From Candidatus Marinacidobacterales bacterium (GTDB taxonomy: Bacteria; Acidobacteriota; Vicinamibacteria; Marinacidobacterales; SMYC01), in the NCBI GenBank assembly GCA_965237955.1, contig OZ250169.1:6272001-6336000 (forward strand): DNA of 64,000 nucleotides, read 5' to 3'. The notes beneath the pieces were generated by a model. The model had not been told where the DNA came from. It ran no database searches and saw only the letters and a list, made by a program, of their open reading frames with translations. The stretch's first letter is position 1. Each line of letters begins with the position of its first letter. Below are positions 23,014-31,463 of the stretch, in pieces. The translations under genes were made by a program, and so were the position numbers.

Positions 23014-23844
23014 ATGAACATCGTCGCGAACATTCGAGAAGCCGCCACGTTCGTCGGCTCGAAAACGAAGCTTCGGCCGTCAATCGGGATCGTGCTCGGC
23101 TCGGGGCTAGGCGGTTTTACTGACTCGCTCACCGGCGCCACCGAACTCCCCTACGAGGAGATCCCCCATTTCCCGCGCTCGAGCGTGACCGGGCACAAGG
23201 GACGTCTTCTCGCGGGCACGTTCAAAGGCGTTCCGTTGTTCGTCATGTCCGGGCGCGTCCATGCTTATGAAGGCTATGCGGCGCAGGATGTAGTCTTCCC
23301 CGCGCGTGTCCTCGGCACCCTCGGTGTGAAAGTGTTGATATTGACGAACGCTGCCGGCGCGGTGAATACGGCGTTCTCACCGGGCGAGCTCATGATCATC
23401 ACCGATCACATCAACTTGACAGGACTCAATCCCCTCCTCGGTCCGGAGCTCACCGAGCTCGGACAACGTTTCACCGACTTGAGCTCCGCGTACGATACCA
23501 AGCTCGCCGAAACTTGTGACCAGGCGGCGCGGCGGATCGGGCTGAACTTGAGAAAAGGAGTCTACGCCGGCTTTCTCGGACCGAGCTTCGAAACGCCGGC
23601 CGAGATCAGGATGGTCCGCACCCTCGGCGCCGACGCCGTCGGAATGTCGACGGTGCTCGAGACGATCGCGGCCAAGCATATGGGAGTTCGGGTGCTCGGA
23701 ATCTCATGCATGACCAATATGGCGGCCGGCATCCTGCCCCAAAAGATCAATCACGTCGAAGTCATGGAGATTGGACGGCAGGTACACTCCGTATTCATCG
23801 AGCTTTTGGCGTCAATGCTTCCCGCTCTCCACAAACAAGCGTAG
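23014..23844 (+). CDS. Purine-nucleoside phosphorylase (trimeric PNP type)
   Basis: VLGSGLG, GRVHAYEG, TNAAG, GPSFETPAE, GADAVGMST. Confidence 0.93.
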   Translation: MNIVANIREAATFVGSKTKLRPSIGIVLGSGLGGFTDSLTGATELPYEEIPHFPRSSVTGHKGRLLAGTFKGVPLFVMSGRVHAYEGYAAQDVVFPARVLGTLGVKVLILTNAAGAVNTAFSPGELMIITDHINLTGLNPLLGPELTELGQRFTDLSSAYDTKLAETCDQAARRIGLNLRKGVYAGFLGPSFETPAEIRMVRTLGADAVGMSTVLETIAAKHMGVRVLGISCMTNMAAGILPQKINHVEVMEIGRQVHSVFIELLASMLPALHKQA

Positions 23845-23854
23845 CGGAGATCTC

Positions 23855-24250
23855 ATGAGGGAAGCACCCGAGGACCTCGTGGAAGCGGCCACCGCGGTAA
23901 GGGAGAACGCAATCGCCACGTTTTCCAAGTTCAAAGTCGGCTCGGCCCTTAGGACCGACAAAGGCACCGTCTACACCGGCTGCAACGTAGAGAACGCAAC
24001 CCTCGGCCTCACCGTGTGCGCCGAACGCGTTGCTCTTTGGAAGGCACTCTCGGAGGGCGAGCGGGCATTCACCGAGATCGCCGTCGTCACCGCAGCGGAG
24101 AGACCCACCCCACCCTGCGGCGCCTGCCGCCAACTACTATGGGAGTTCTGTGGCGACATTCCCGTCTACATGGTGAGTACGTTGGGAAAGCGAGCAACGC
24201 TTCTGCTGAGTGAGCTCGTTCCGTACGCTTTTGATAAGCGTGATCTTTGA
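23855..24250 (+). CDS. cdd: Cytidine deaminase (homotetrameric type)
   Basis: GCNVENA, CAER, PCGACRQ zinc motifs. Confidence 0.93.
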   Translation: MREAPEDLVEAATAVRENAIATFSKFKVGSALRTDKGTVYTGCNVENATLGLTVCAERVALWKALSEGERAFTEIAVVTAAERPTPPCGACRQLLWEFCGDIPVYMVSTLGKRATLLLSELVPYAFDKRDL

Positions 24251-24269
24251 TCCAGCGTCCAGTCAACAA

Positions 24270-24782
24270 CTACTTCACAACTGCCACATAAGGCAATTCC
24301 CGATACCGTTGGTCGTCGTCCAAACCGTAACCGACCACGAAACGATCCGGTATCTCGAAGCCGATGTAGTCCACCGGGACATCGATTTGTCTTCGTGAAG
24401 GCTTCGACAAGAACGCGGCGACTTTCAGCGACGCTGGCGGGCGCGAGCGCAGCATCGTCAACAAGTAGTTCAATGTCAGCCCGGTGTCGGCGATGTCTTC
24501 GACAACGATCACGTCTCGTCCCGCGAGCGACACGTCGAGATCCTTGGTCAGCTGCACTTCCCCGCTCGATGTCTTGCCTTTGCCGTAGGACGACACCGCG
24601 AGGAAATCCATGGTGACCGGAATTTCCATGGCGCGAAAGAGATCCGCGAGAAACGTGTACGCGCCCTTGAGAACGCACACGAAGTGGACGGTCTTACCCT
24701 GATAGTGGCCGCTGATCTCTTTGCCTAGCTCGCGGACCCGAGCGGCGATCGCTTCTTCGGAGATGAGGATCTCGAACGCCAT
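24270..24782 (-). CDS. hpt: Hypoxanthine phosphoribosyltransferase
   Basis: VLKGA, VEDIADTGLTL, FVVGYGLD. Confidence 0.94.
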   Translation of the reverse strand: MAFEILISEEAIAARVRELGKEISGHYQGKTVHFVCVLKGAYTFLADLFRAMEIPVTMDFLAVSSYGKGKTSSGEVQLTKDLDVSLAGRDVIVVEDIADTGLTLNYLLTMLRSRPPASLKVAAFLSKPSRRQIDVPVDYIGFEIPDRFVVGYGLDDDQRYRELPYVAVVK

Positions 24783-24794
24783 CTACCAACGGAT

Positions 24795-25742
24795 TCAGCT
24801 CATGGCGCTTCTCGCCCAGAAGCCCTCGCCGAACGTAACGGTGATGATGCCCCAAGCCTCGACCGGCTTGCCTTCTTTGAGAGCCGGCTTCCAACGGAAG
24901 AGCTTCGCGTTCTCCTTCGCGGACTCGACGCAGCCGTACCGGAGCGACTTGATCACGCCGGTCACTTGAGTCGACCCGTCGAGCTTTACCAGGATTCGGA
25001 GAATGACTTCGCCGCTCACCATCTTCTCTTTCGCCGAGGGCGGGTACACAGGGTCGGGTGGCTTGAACACGAGAATCGGGTCGATGTCCCACGCGCCCGG
25101 AGAGAAGTCTCCACCGCCGAATCCACCGCCGCGACCGGGACCCACACCCCAGCCTTCGCCGCCTCCCACGCCGGTACCGTCACCGCCGCCGATACCGGCC
25201 TCGGTGCCGGCACTCACCGTGGTGTCGAGGCCGCCGAAGTCGCGAGAATCCGTTAGCGACAGCCCCGGAAACTCCCGTTCGTCCGGGGAGAATATACCTT
25301 CGAAGAGAAGGTCCGTCTCCGTCGGCAAGTCGGGTATGTTGAGCTCATCGAAATTCAGCTGCGGAGGCTTTCGGGGTGCGACCGGCGCTTGCCGCAGCTC
25401 GGGCTCTTCTGCCTCCGGTTCGGAAGGTTCGTCGCGGACCGGAATAAACGCGGTAATGCGATCACCGTGATCGCCGCCGCCACCGCCGCCGCCGCCCTGT
25501 CCTGAGCCGCCTGGAATCCAGAAGCGAACGATAACCTCCCCAGGAATGAAAGGCTCGTCCCACAACCACTTCGCGAGCGGACCGACGATCATCAGCAAAA
25601 GAACGAGAAAATGAGCTAAACTTGATGACCCAAACCACTTCCGGTGACGGTCCCACTTGAGCTTGAGCGTACCCTCCTCGGAGAGACGCACCATCCCAGC
25701 GAAAAACTCAGGTTTCCTGTGCATGTCGCCCGCGTCACCCAT
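24795..25742 (-). CDS. TonB family protein with Gly-rich linker
   Basis: SSLAH TM helix, poly-Gly, PDPVYPPSAK...GEVILRILVKLDGS...WKPALKEGKPV. Confidence 0.8.
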   Translation of the reverse strand: MGDAGDMHRKPEFFAGMVRLSEEGTLKLKWDRHRKWFGSSSLAHFLVLLLMIVGPLAKWLWDEPFIPGEVIVRFWIPGGSGQGGGGGGGGDHGDRITAFIPVRDEPSEPEAEEPELRQAPVAPRKPPQLNFDELNIPDLPTETDLLFEGIFSPDEREFPGLSLTDSRDFGGLDTTVSAGTEAGIGGGDGTGVGGGEGWGVGPGRGGGFGGGDFSPGAWDIDPILVFKPPDPVYPPSAKEKMVSGEVILRILVKLDGSTQVTGVIKSLRYGCVESAKENAKLFRWKPALKEGKPVEAWGIITVTFGEGFWARSAMS

Positions 25743-25846
25743 TGCCGCCTAAATGTTAGCACGGCGTAGAAATGATCGCCCATTATGGACCCGATTTCTT
25801 CGGTGAGGCTTGCAACCACAACCTGGTGCGTCATAGATTGAACACC

Positions 25847-26488
25847 GTGGCCGAAACAAAACGCCGCATCCTTACGGGTGAAGACGTCCAAGCAATCCCG
25901 GAAGGAGGCATCCTCGACGTCGCTCCGGGAACGGTGCTCACCGATGTCGCGCGCGAATGGATCACGAAGCGCAAGATTCGTGTCGTCGAACAAACGAGCG
26001 AACAAACGAGCGCTCGCGACGCGATCGAGGTCGCGCGCGTCGCCATCGGCTCGGACCACGGTGGTTTCGATATGAAAGAATCGCTCAAGGGGTACTTGGA
26101 CGAGCTTTCCGCGACTTTCGTCGACTACGGTACCTATTCCAAGGAGTCCGTCGACTATCCGGACTTCGCGCACGCGGTGGCGCTCGCGGTGGCCGTCGGC
26201 CACGCGCGCCAGGGCATCGTCATCGATGGCGCCGGCATCGGCTCGGCCATCGCCGCCAACAAAGTCCCCGGGATCCGCGCGGGCGCGTGCTACCAGGAGG
26301 CGGGCGCCAGAAACGCGCGCGAGCACAATGACATCAACGTCCTGACGCTGGGCTCGACGCTCATGCCGCCGGAAAAACTCAGACCGATCGTCCACATCTT
26401 TCTGACCGCGCAGCATACCGAGTCGCGTCACAAAAACCGCGTCGCCAAGATCATGGACGTGGAAAAAAGGTACTATCGCAAACTATGA
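25847..26488 (+). CDS. rpiB: RpiB/LacA/LacB-family sugar-phosphate isomerase with an extra N-terminal module
   Basis: [45 protein letters not shown]; about 60-aa N-terminal extension. Confidence 0.88.
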   Translation: MAETKRRILTGEDVQAIPEGGILDVAPGTVLTDVAREWITKRKIRVVEQTSEQTSARDAIEVARVAIGSDHGGFDMKESLKGYLDELSATFVDYGTYSKESVDYPDFAHAVALAVAVGHARQGIVIDGAGIGSAIAANKVPGIRAGACYQEAGARNAREHNDINVLTLGSTLMPPEKLRPIVHIFLTAQHTESRHKNRVAKIMDVEKRYYRKL

Positions 26489-27345
26489 CGTGGGATCTGG
26501 ATCGACTCACCGAGCTCGTGACCGATGCGGTCATTGCTCAGCTCCGGGCCCAGCTCGGGGCCCAATCCGGTTTGGCCGAGCCCCCATGCGCGTGCCACCA
26601 TCTCAGCCCAGGCCAATGCCCCGATGTCATGCGGCCTCTCGTCGAGCGCGGCGCCGAAAGGTTCGGGCTGACCGCGTCGGCGCCCCACGCCGGGCTATCC
26701 GCGCTTATCGACCACACGCTCTTGAAACCCGACGCGACCGAAGAACAGATTCGAAAACTGTGCGCGGAGGCAGCCGAGTACAAGTTCGCGACGGTATGCA
26801 TCCAGCCCACGTGGGTGCGCTTCGCCGCCCGTCTGCTTCATGGAACCGGCGTTGGTGTGTGCACCGTCGCCGGGTTCCCGCTCGGCGCGAACACTCCCGA
26901 CGTCAAAGCCTACGAGACCCGCCGTGCGGTTTTCGACGGTGCAACGGAAGTCGACATGGTCATCAATATCGGCGCTCTCAAATCGCGCGATTACCAAACG
27001 GTGGAAGACGATATCCGCGGCGTCGTTCGTGCCTGTCGTGAAGGCGGAGCGTTGAGCAAAGTGATTATCGAGGCCGCTCTCCTCGACGACGATGAGAAAG
27101 TGAAAGCATCTACCCTCGCGGCGGCCGCGGGGGCGGACTTCGTCAAAACGTCTACCGGGTTCGGCCCCGGAGGCGCCACGGTGGAGGACGTCGCTCTCAT
27201 GCGACAAGTCGTCGGAGAGAACATGGGAGTCAAGGCCGCGAGCGGCGTTCGCGATCGCGCCACCGCAAAACAGATGGTGCAAGCCGGCGCTACTCGCATC
27301 GGCGCGAGCGCGGGGATTCGTATCGTTAAGGAAACCGAGCTATAA
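26485..27345 (+). CDS. deoC: Deoxyribose-phosphate aldolase with N-terminal extension
   Basis: [44 protein letters not shown]. Confidence 0.94.
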   Translation: MTWDLDRLTELVTDAVIAQLRAQLGAQSGLAEPPCACHHLSPGQCPDVMRPLVERGAERFGLTASAPHAGLSALIDHTLLKPDATEEQIRKLCAEAAEYKFATVCIQPTWVRFAARLLHGTGVGVCTVAGFPLGANTPDVKAYETRRAVFDGATEVDMVINIGALKSRDYQTVEDDIRGVVRACREGGALSKVIIEAALLDDDEKVKASTLAAAAGADFVKTSTGFGPGGATVEDVALMRQVVGENMGVKAASGVRDRATAKQMVQAGATRIGASAGIRIVKETEL

Positions 27346-27939
27346 GAGCTTGAGCGCCAACGCGTAGTCCTCGGGCGTGTCGATGTCGAAGCACACGCCG
27401 GCATCGTCGACCGGAACGGCGAGCGCCTCGAAACGATGCGCGTCGAGCAGGGATTTGGCACCGCGGTCCCCCTCGACGCCAGACAGCTCATCGACGAGCG
27501 CGGCATCCCAGAGGACTGGATGTCCTTGCTGCCCGCGATACACGGGGTAGACCACTTTGGCGTCACCTTCTTCGGCCACGGCTTCGAACACATCGAGGAG
27601 TTTGCGGATCGTCTCGGGTTTCACCAAGGGTTTGTCGGCGAGGGCGACGAGCACGACGCGCGTCGCGTTGGGTAGACCCCGGAGCCCCACCCGCAACGAG
27701 CTCGAAATTCCCTCGTCGCGGTTGGGATTCCGAATGACTTCGAGGCTTTTCGTTGCAGCCAGGGCTCTTGGACCGAGCGCCGAGCCGGGCGGAACGACCA
27801 ACCGCACGCGATCCACGGACCCGTCCAACAGATTTTGAACGCTTCGCTCTACCAGCGTCATACCCCCGAGCTCGAGCTCGAGCTTTGGCCGTCCCATGCG
27901 GCGAGACGCGCCCGCCGCGAGCACAATCGCAACGCGCAT
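27340..27939 (-). CDS. Molybdenum cofactor cytidylyltransferase-like nucleotidyltransferase (MocA/YgfJ family)
   Basis: [39 protein letters not shown]. Confidence 0.88.
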   Translation of the reverse strand: MRVAIVLAAGASRRMGRPKLELELGGMTLVERSVQNLLDGSVDRVRLVVPPGSALGPRALAATKSLEVIRNPNRDEGISSSLRVGLRGLPNATRVVLVALADKPLVKPETIRKLLDVFEAVAEEGDAKVVYPVYRGQQGHPVLWDAALVDELSGVEGDRGAKSLLDAHRFEALAVPVDDAGVCFDIDTPEDYALALKLL

Positions 27940-27943
27940 CGTT

Positions 27944-28738
27944 CTAATCGCTCGACACCCGCATGCGATAGAAGCACTCGTTGGGCTTCAGGGCTTCGCC
28001 GAAAACGACTTCGGAGACACCGCCCCTGAGCAGTCTCTCGCCGAGACGCTCGGCCGCGAGCAAACGATAGTCACTCGCTTTGTTCAAGAACACCGCATGC
28101 CGACTCCCCTTCGGGAGCTTCGGTAGATAACCCTTGATCACGGCGGCGGCAATGACGCCTTCGGTGACCTCCATTCCCGGGGCGGTGCCGGAAAGACTGG
28201 TGACGACCTCGAGGCGGTGCACTTGATCCTCATCGAGACGCTGGTCGAGAACGTCCAGTCCGACGAGGATGATCGATAGCGTGGTTTCCTCGGGAATCAT
28301 AGGCTCGTGTTGTGCCGGAGCCTTGAGGGAGCGGTTACGAGCACCGTCGGCCTCGATGACGACGCAATCCGCAAGGCTTCGTAGCGGATCCACCATCACC
28401 AGCTCGACGCCTTCGAGCTTGTCATCGCGACCACGTTTCTGAATGACAGTGACCGAGCCGTAACGAGCAAGGCGGGCCTTCACCGTGGTGAGCCAGTTCT
28501 CCTCGTCGCCGACGACGACAAGTGGCGGTGTCGTCGTCGCGGCAACCGGCATTTGCATGTGAGTCGTCGACGTCACGACAACGCTCAACCCACGCTTGCG
28601 CAGCTCGGTGGCAAGGGCATAGAGAACGGTCGTTTTGCCGCCCGCTCCGACGAGACTTACGACGTCGCCCGCGCCCACCGAAAGTGCGTCGACGAGGCCG
28701 AATCCGGAGTCGATCTCGATCTTGGTTGTCTGACTCAT
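27944..28738 (-). CDS. yqeC: Selenium-dependent hydroxylase accessory protein YqeC
   Basis: VSLVGAGGKTT, TSTTHM, IEADGARNRSLKAPAQHEP. Confidence 0.85.
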   Translation of the reverse strand: MSQTTKIEIDSGFGLVDALSVGAGDVVSLVGAGGKTTVLYALATELRKRGLSVVVTSTTHMQMPVAATTTPPLVVVGDEENWLTTVKARLARYGSVTVIQKRGRDDKLEGVELVMVDPLRSLADCVVIEADGARNRSLKAPAQHEPMIPEETTLSIILVGLDVLDQRLDEDQVHRLEVVTSLSGTAPGMEVTEGVIAAAVIKGYLPKLPKGSRHAVFLNKASDYRLLAAERLGERLLRGGVSEVVFGEALKPNECFYRMRVSSD

Positions 28739-28776
28739 GTGCCTAAAGGGTAGTATAGGTCGTTCGGCAGGGAACA

Positions 28777-29496
28777 ATGCACATCACCGTTTGGGCTCTT
28801 CTTGCGCTCGTCGTCATGTCGCCCTTCGGGGAGTGGGCCACCCGATGCACGAGACAGGAAGACTACGTGCACGAGCGCGAGGCGATGGTGCGCGATCAGC
28901 TCGAAGCGCGCGACATCGATGACCCGGCAGTGCTCGAAGCGATGGGAGCCGTGCGCCGTCACGAGTTCGTGCCCGCGATGCTCAAGACGCGCGCCTATGC
29001 AGACCACCCACTACCCATCGGCAATCAACAAACGATTTCGCAGCCTTACATCGTCGCGCTCATGACCCAGCTCGCCGAGGTCTCCGCGAACGACGTCGTT
29101 CTAGAAGTGGGGACCGGCTCCGGCTACCAGGCTGCGGTGCTGGCCGAGATCGTGGACCAGGTCTACACCATCGAGATCATCTCTGAGCTAGCAGCCAGCG
29201 CACAGGAGCGTTTGACATCGCTTGGGTACGACAACGTGAGCGTCAGAGCAGGCGATGGCTACCTCGGCTGGGAAGAGAAAGCTCCGTTCGACGCGATACT
29301 CGTCACCGCGGCAGCGCCGGAGGTCCCGCCCCCGCTCGTGGAGCAGCTGAAGCGGGGAGGCATCATGATCATTCCAATAGGACCGCGGTCCCAAGTCCAG
29401 AGCCTGCGCCGCATCCAAAAAGCCGAAGACGGATCGACGACGAATGAAGAAGTGATCCCCGTCGTGTTCGTACCACTGACGCGCGAAGTCCGTTAG
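28777..29496 (+). CDS. pcm: Protein-L-isoaspartate O-methyltransferase
   Basis: QTISQPYIVA, VLEVGTGSGYQAA, APFDAILVTAA, FVPL. Confidence 0.93.
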   Translation: MHITVWALLALVVMSPFGEWATRCTRQEDYVHEREAMVRDQLEARDIDDPAVLEAMGAVRRHEFVPAMLKTRAYADHPLPIGNQQTISQPYIVALMTQLAEVSANDVVLEVGTGSGYQAAVLAEIVDQVYTIEIISELAASAQERLTSLGYDNVSVRAGDGYLGWEEKAPFDAILVTAAAPEVPPPLVEQLKRGGIMIIPIGPRSQVQSLRRIQKAEDGSTTNEEVIPVVFVPLTREVR

Positions 29497-29501
29497 AAGC
29501 G

Positions 29502-29532
29502 AGCTGATGGCCGACGGCTGATGGCCGATGGC
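29502..29532. repeat. Heptamer tandem array between convergent genes
   Basis: AGCTGATGGCCGACGGCTGATGGCCGATGGC. Confidence 0.75.
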
Positions 29533-29536
29533 GGAC

Positions 29537-29821
29537 CTAATCAACCACTTCCACATCCCGCCAAAACGCCACATAACCCTCGATCCGTTTAGCGGCGTCC
29601 TTCGCCTCCGGGTAATACCACGCGGCGTCCACACTTTGCTGGCCGTTGGCAGAGACGGTGTAGTAGCTCGCCGTGCCCTTCCACGGACACACGGTCTGGG
29701 TCTCGCTCGATGTAAGGAACTCTTTTTTCACGGAGTCCGGCGGAAAATAGTGATTCCCCTCCACCACTTCAGTCGCGTCGGACTCCGCAATCACGGTACC
29801 GTTCCAAATCGCTTTCGGCAT
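29537..29821 (-). CDS. DUF427 domain protein
   Basis: WNGTVIAES, VEGNHYFP, CPWKGTASYY, AAWYY, YVAFW. Confidence 0.9.
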   Translation of the reverse strand: MPKAIWNGTVIAESDATEVVEGNHYFPPDSVKKEFLTSSETQTVCPWKGTASYYTVSANGQQSVDAAWYYPEAKDAAKRIEGYVAFWRDVEVVD

Positions 29822-29893
29822 GTCGTTCCTCCATTTTGATTTGCTTCGGATCCGACCCCTTGCTATCCTCGTTTGCCGAGTGTGTCATCCACT

Positions 29894-30421
29894 ATGAAAC
29901 ATCACATCGCATCGGCGGCCGTACTTCTCTCGAGTCTCTTGGTACTCTCCTGTGGGGACAGCGGACCGTCACGCCCGACTACGACCACCTCCACCACTGC
30001 CACGACCGCGCCGCCGGTCTCTCGATTCGAGATCAAAACGCTGCTGACTGTCTATCGTAACGCGGCGTCGCTCGCCGAGTTCACCGAGGGAACAACGACC
30101 AACGAAGACCTCGGCAAAACGATACTCGGCGTCGACGAGCTCAGCCCCGGCACCACGGTCTTGGACAACGAAGAAAAGCGCCGCGAGCTTCAAGATGCGA
30201 TCGAGCGTATCAACGAGCAATTCTCCGACGCCAACTTCCAGGCTGCCTTCGGCGAGAGCCGGGCAAACCTGCGGCGTTTCTTCAACGACGCCGACAACGA
30301 TGGCTGGGCGGTCGACGGGCGTCACGGCGAAGGCCGTGATTGGCCCCACGACGGACGCGGCAACGGCAACGACCCGGACGGCTGGACAGCCCAGATGATC
30401 GTGACCGTCACGCGCCGCTAG
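29894..30421 (+). CDS. Hypothetical lipoprotein
   Basis: Lipobox LVLSC, Thr-rich linker, no recognised domain. Confidence 0.65.
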   Translation: MKHHIASAAVLLSSLLVLSCGDSGPSRPTTTTSTTATTAPPVSRFEIKTLLTVYRNAASLAEFTEGTTTNEDLGKTILGVDELSPGTTVLDNEEKRRELQDAIERINEQFSDANFQAAFGESRANLRRFFNDADNDGWAVDGRHGEGRDWPHDGRGNGNDPDGWTAQMIVTVTRR

Positions 30422-30459
30422 ATTCCGCCCGTCTCTGCCCCCGCCGACGTCAACGACCT

Positions 30460-30489
30460 GCTGATGGCCGATGGCTGACGGCTGATAGC
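30460..30489. repeat. Heptamer tandem array between convergent genes
   Basis: GCTGATGGCCGATGGCTGACGGCTGATAGC. Confidence 0.75.
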
Positions 30490-30494
30490 AGGCT

Positions 30495-31286
30495 CTAAGT
30501 AACACCCAACGCTTCGAGGGCTTCTTCAATCGTCTCGAACCACGTCTGCGCCATCATCTCGTAGCCGATGTTGTTGGGGTGCACGCCGTCGGAACCCTGC
30601 CCGCGGAAATCGTTGGCCGCCGCCTTCTCGTGATCCGCGATCACAACGTTTTTCCCCTTCGCCTCCTGACGGATGACGTCGTTGAGGCGGGCGATGTTCT
30701 CGATGGCGAACACGCGAAACCCGTCGGGGTTGACCGGAGGATAGGTCCCGATGATGGGGAACTTTCCGCGAAGCTGGACGATCCGCATCATCTCGGCGAT
30801 ATTGGTTCGGACGACGGGAAACCTCACGACCTCGACGTTGACGTCGACAATCCCGGTAAGGATGAGCACGACATCGGGATCGTGGCGGCGGATCATCGTG
30901 TCGATGCGGTCGAGGGCCTCTCGGGTGTTCTCGCCCCCGACGCCCTCGGTGACGAGCTCGAATCCAGTGCCATAGCGCTCTTCGAGGCGTCGCCAAAGCT
31001 TGGGAACGTATCCCTCGGCCATGGTCAATTCCGTCCGAAGCCCGCCGTCACCACCGCTGTGCTGAGTGACGCCAACGGTTACGCTGTCGCCGAAGCACAG
31101 AATTTTCTGAAAGGGGAAATTGTCCGGTATTTGCGCGCGGCGGTTTTCACTCAACCCCGCTGACGTCGATCCGGAATTGGTGAGCGCCACTGTCTCGGGC
31201 GCGACGGGTGAGCGGTCGCCCCCACAACCCACGCTGATGAAGATTCCAAGGAGTATACCTATGGTGCCTGTGGTGCTGGTCCTCAT
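30495..31286 (-). CDS. SGNH/GDSL hydrolase lipoprotein
   Basis: Lipobox ISVGC, FGDSVT block I, GVGGE, DGVHPN; GGAGG RBS upstream of ATG 31286. Confidence 0.85.
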   Translation of the reverse strand: MRTSTTGTIGILLGIFISVGCGGDRSPVAPETVALTNSGSTSAGLSENRRAQIPDNFPFQKILCFGDSVTVGVTQHSGGDGGLRTELTMAEGYVPKLWRRLEERYGTGFELVTEGVGGENTREALDRIDTMIRRHDPDVVLILTGIVDVNVEVVRFPVVRTNIAEMMRIVQLRGKFPIIGTYPPVNPDGFRVFAIENIARLNDVIRQEAKGKNVVIADHEKAAANDFRGQGSDGVHPNNIGYEMMAQTWFETIEEALEALGVT

Positions 31287-31299
31287 TATCAAATACGCT

Positions 31300-31463
31300 C
31301 CTCCAACTCTTTGCTGATCTCGCGCGCGAAGTCGCGCTTCGTCGACGTGTGCGAACTCTCCATTTTGATACAGAATGCTCCCGTTGACAACGACAGTGCG
31401 CACCCGGCCCATGCCCGGGCTCGAAAAGAGGTGCTCCGCGAGATTCGATTCGTGGAGAATCAT
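31300..31463 (-). pseudogene. Internally deleted amidohydrolase (SsnA-like) relic
   Basis: MIL start in ATGA overlap with the CoA-transferase stop, fused to SNLAEHLF...VRTVVVNGSILYQNGEFAHVDE, a typical amidohydrolase C-terminus. Confidence 0.65.

Noticed and set aside
25100-25510. GCC/CCG-rich repeats
   Set aside because: They encode the Gly-rich linker of the TonB protein.
27944-28738. Selenocysteine recoding near yqeC
   Set aside because: No in-frame UGA with continued homology or SECIS-like element was noticed; YqeC relates to labile selenium cofactors, not Sec.
30495-31463. Single 322-aa amidohydrolase-SGNH fusion protein
   Set aside because: The SGNH part has its own RBS and lipoprotein signal at 31286; the upstream part is better explained as a relic.
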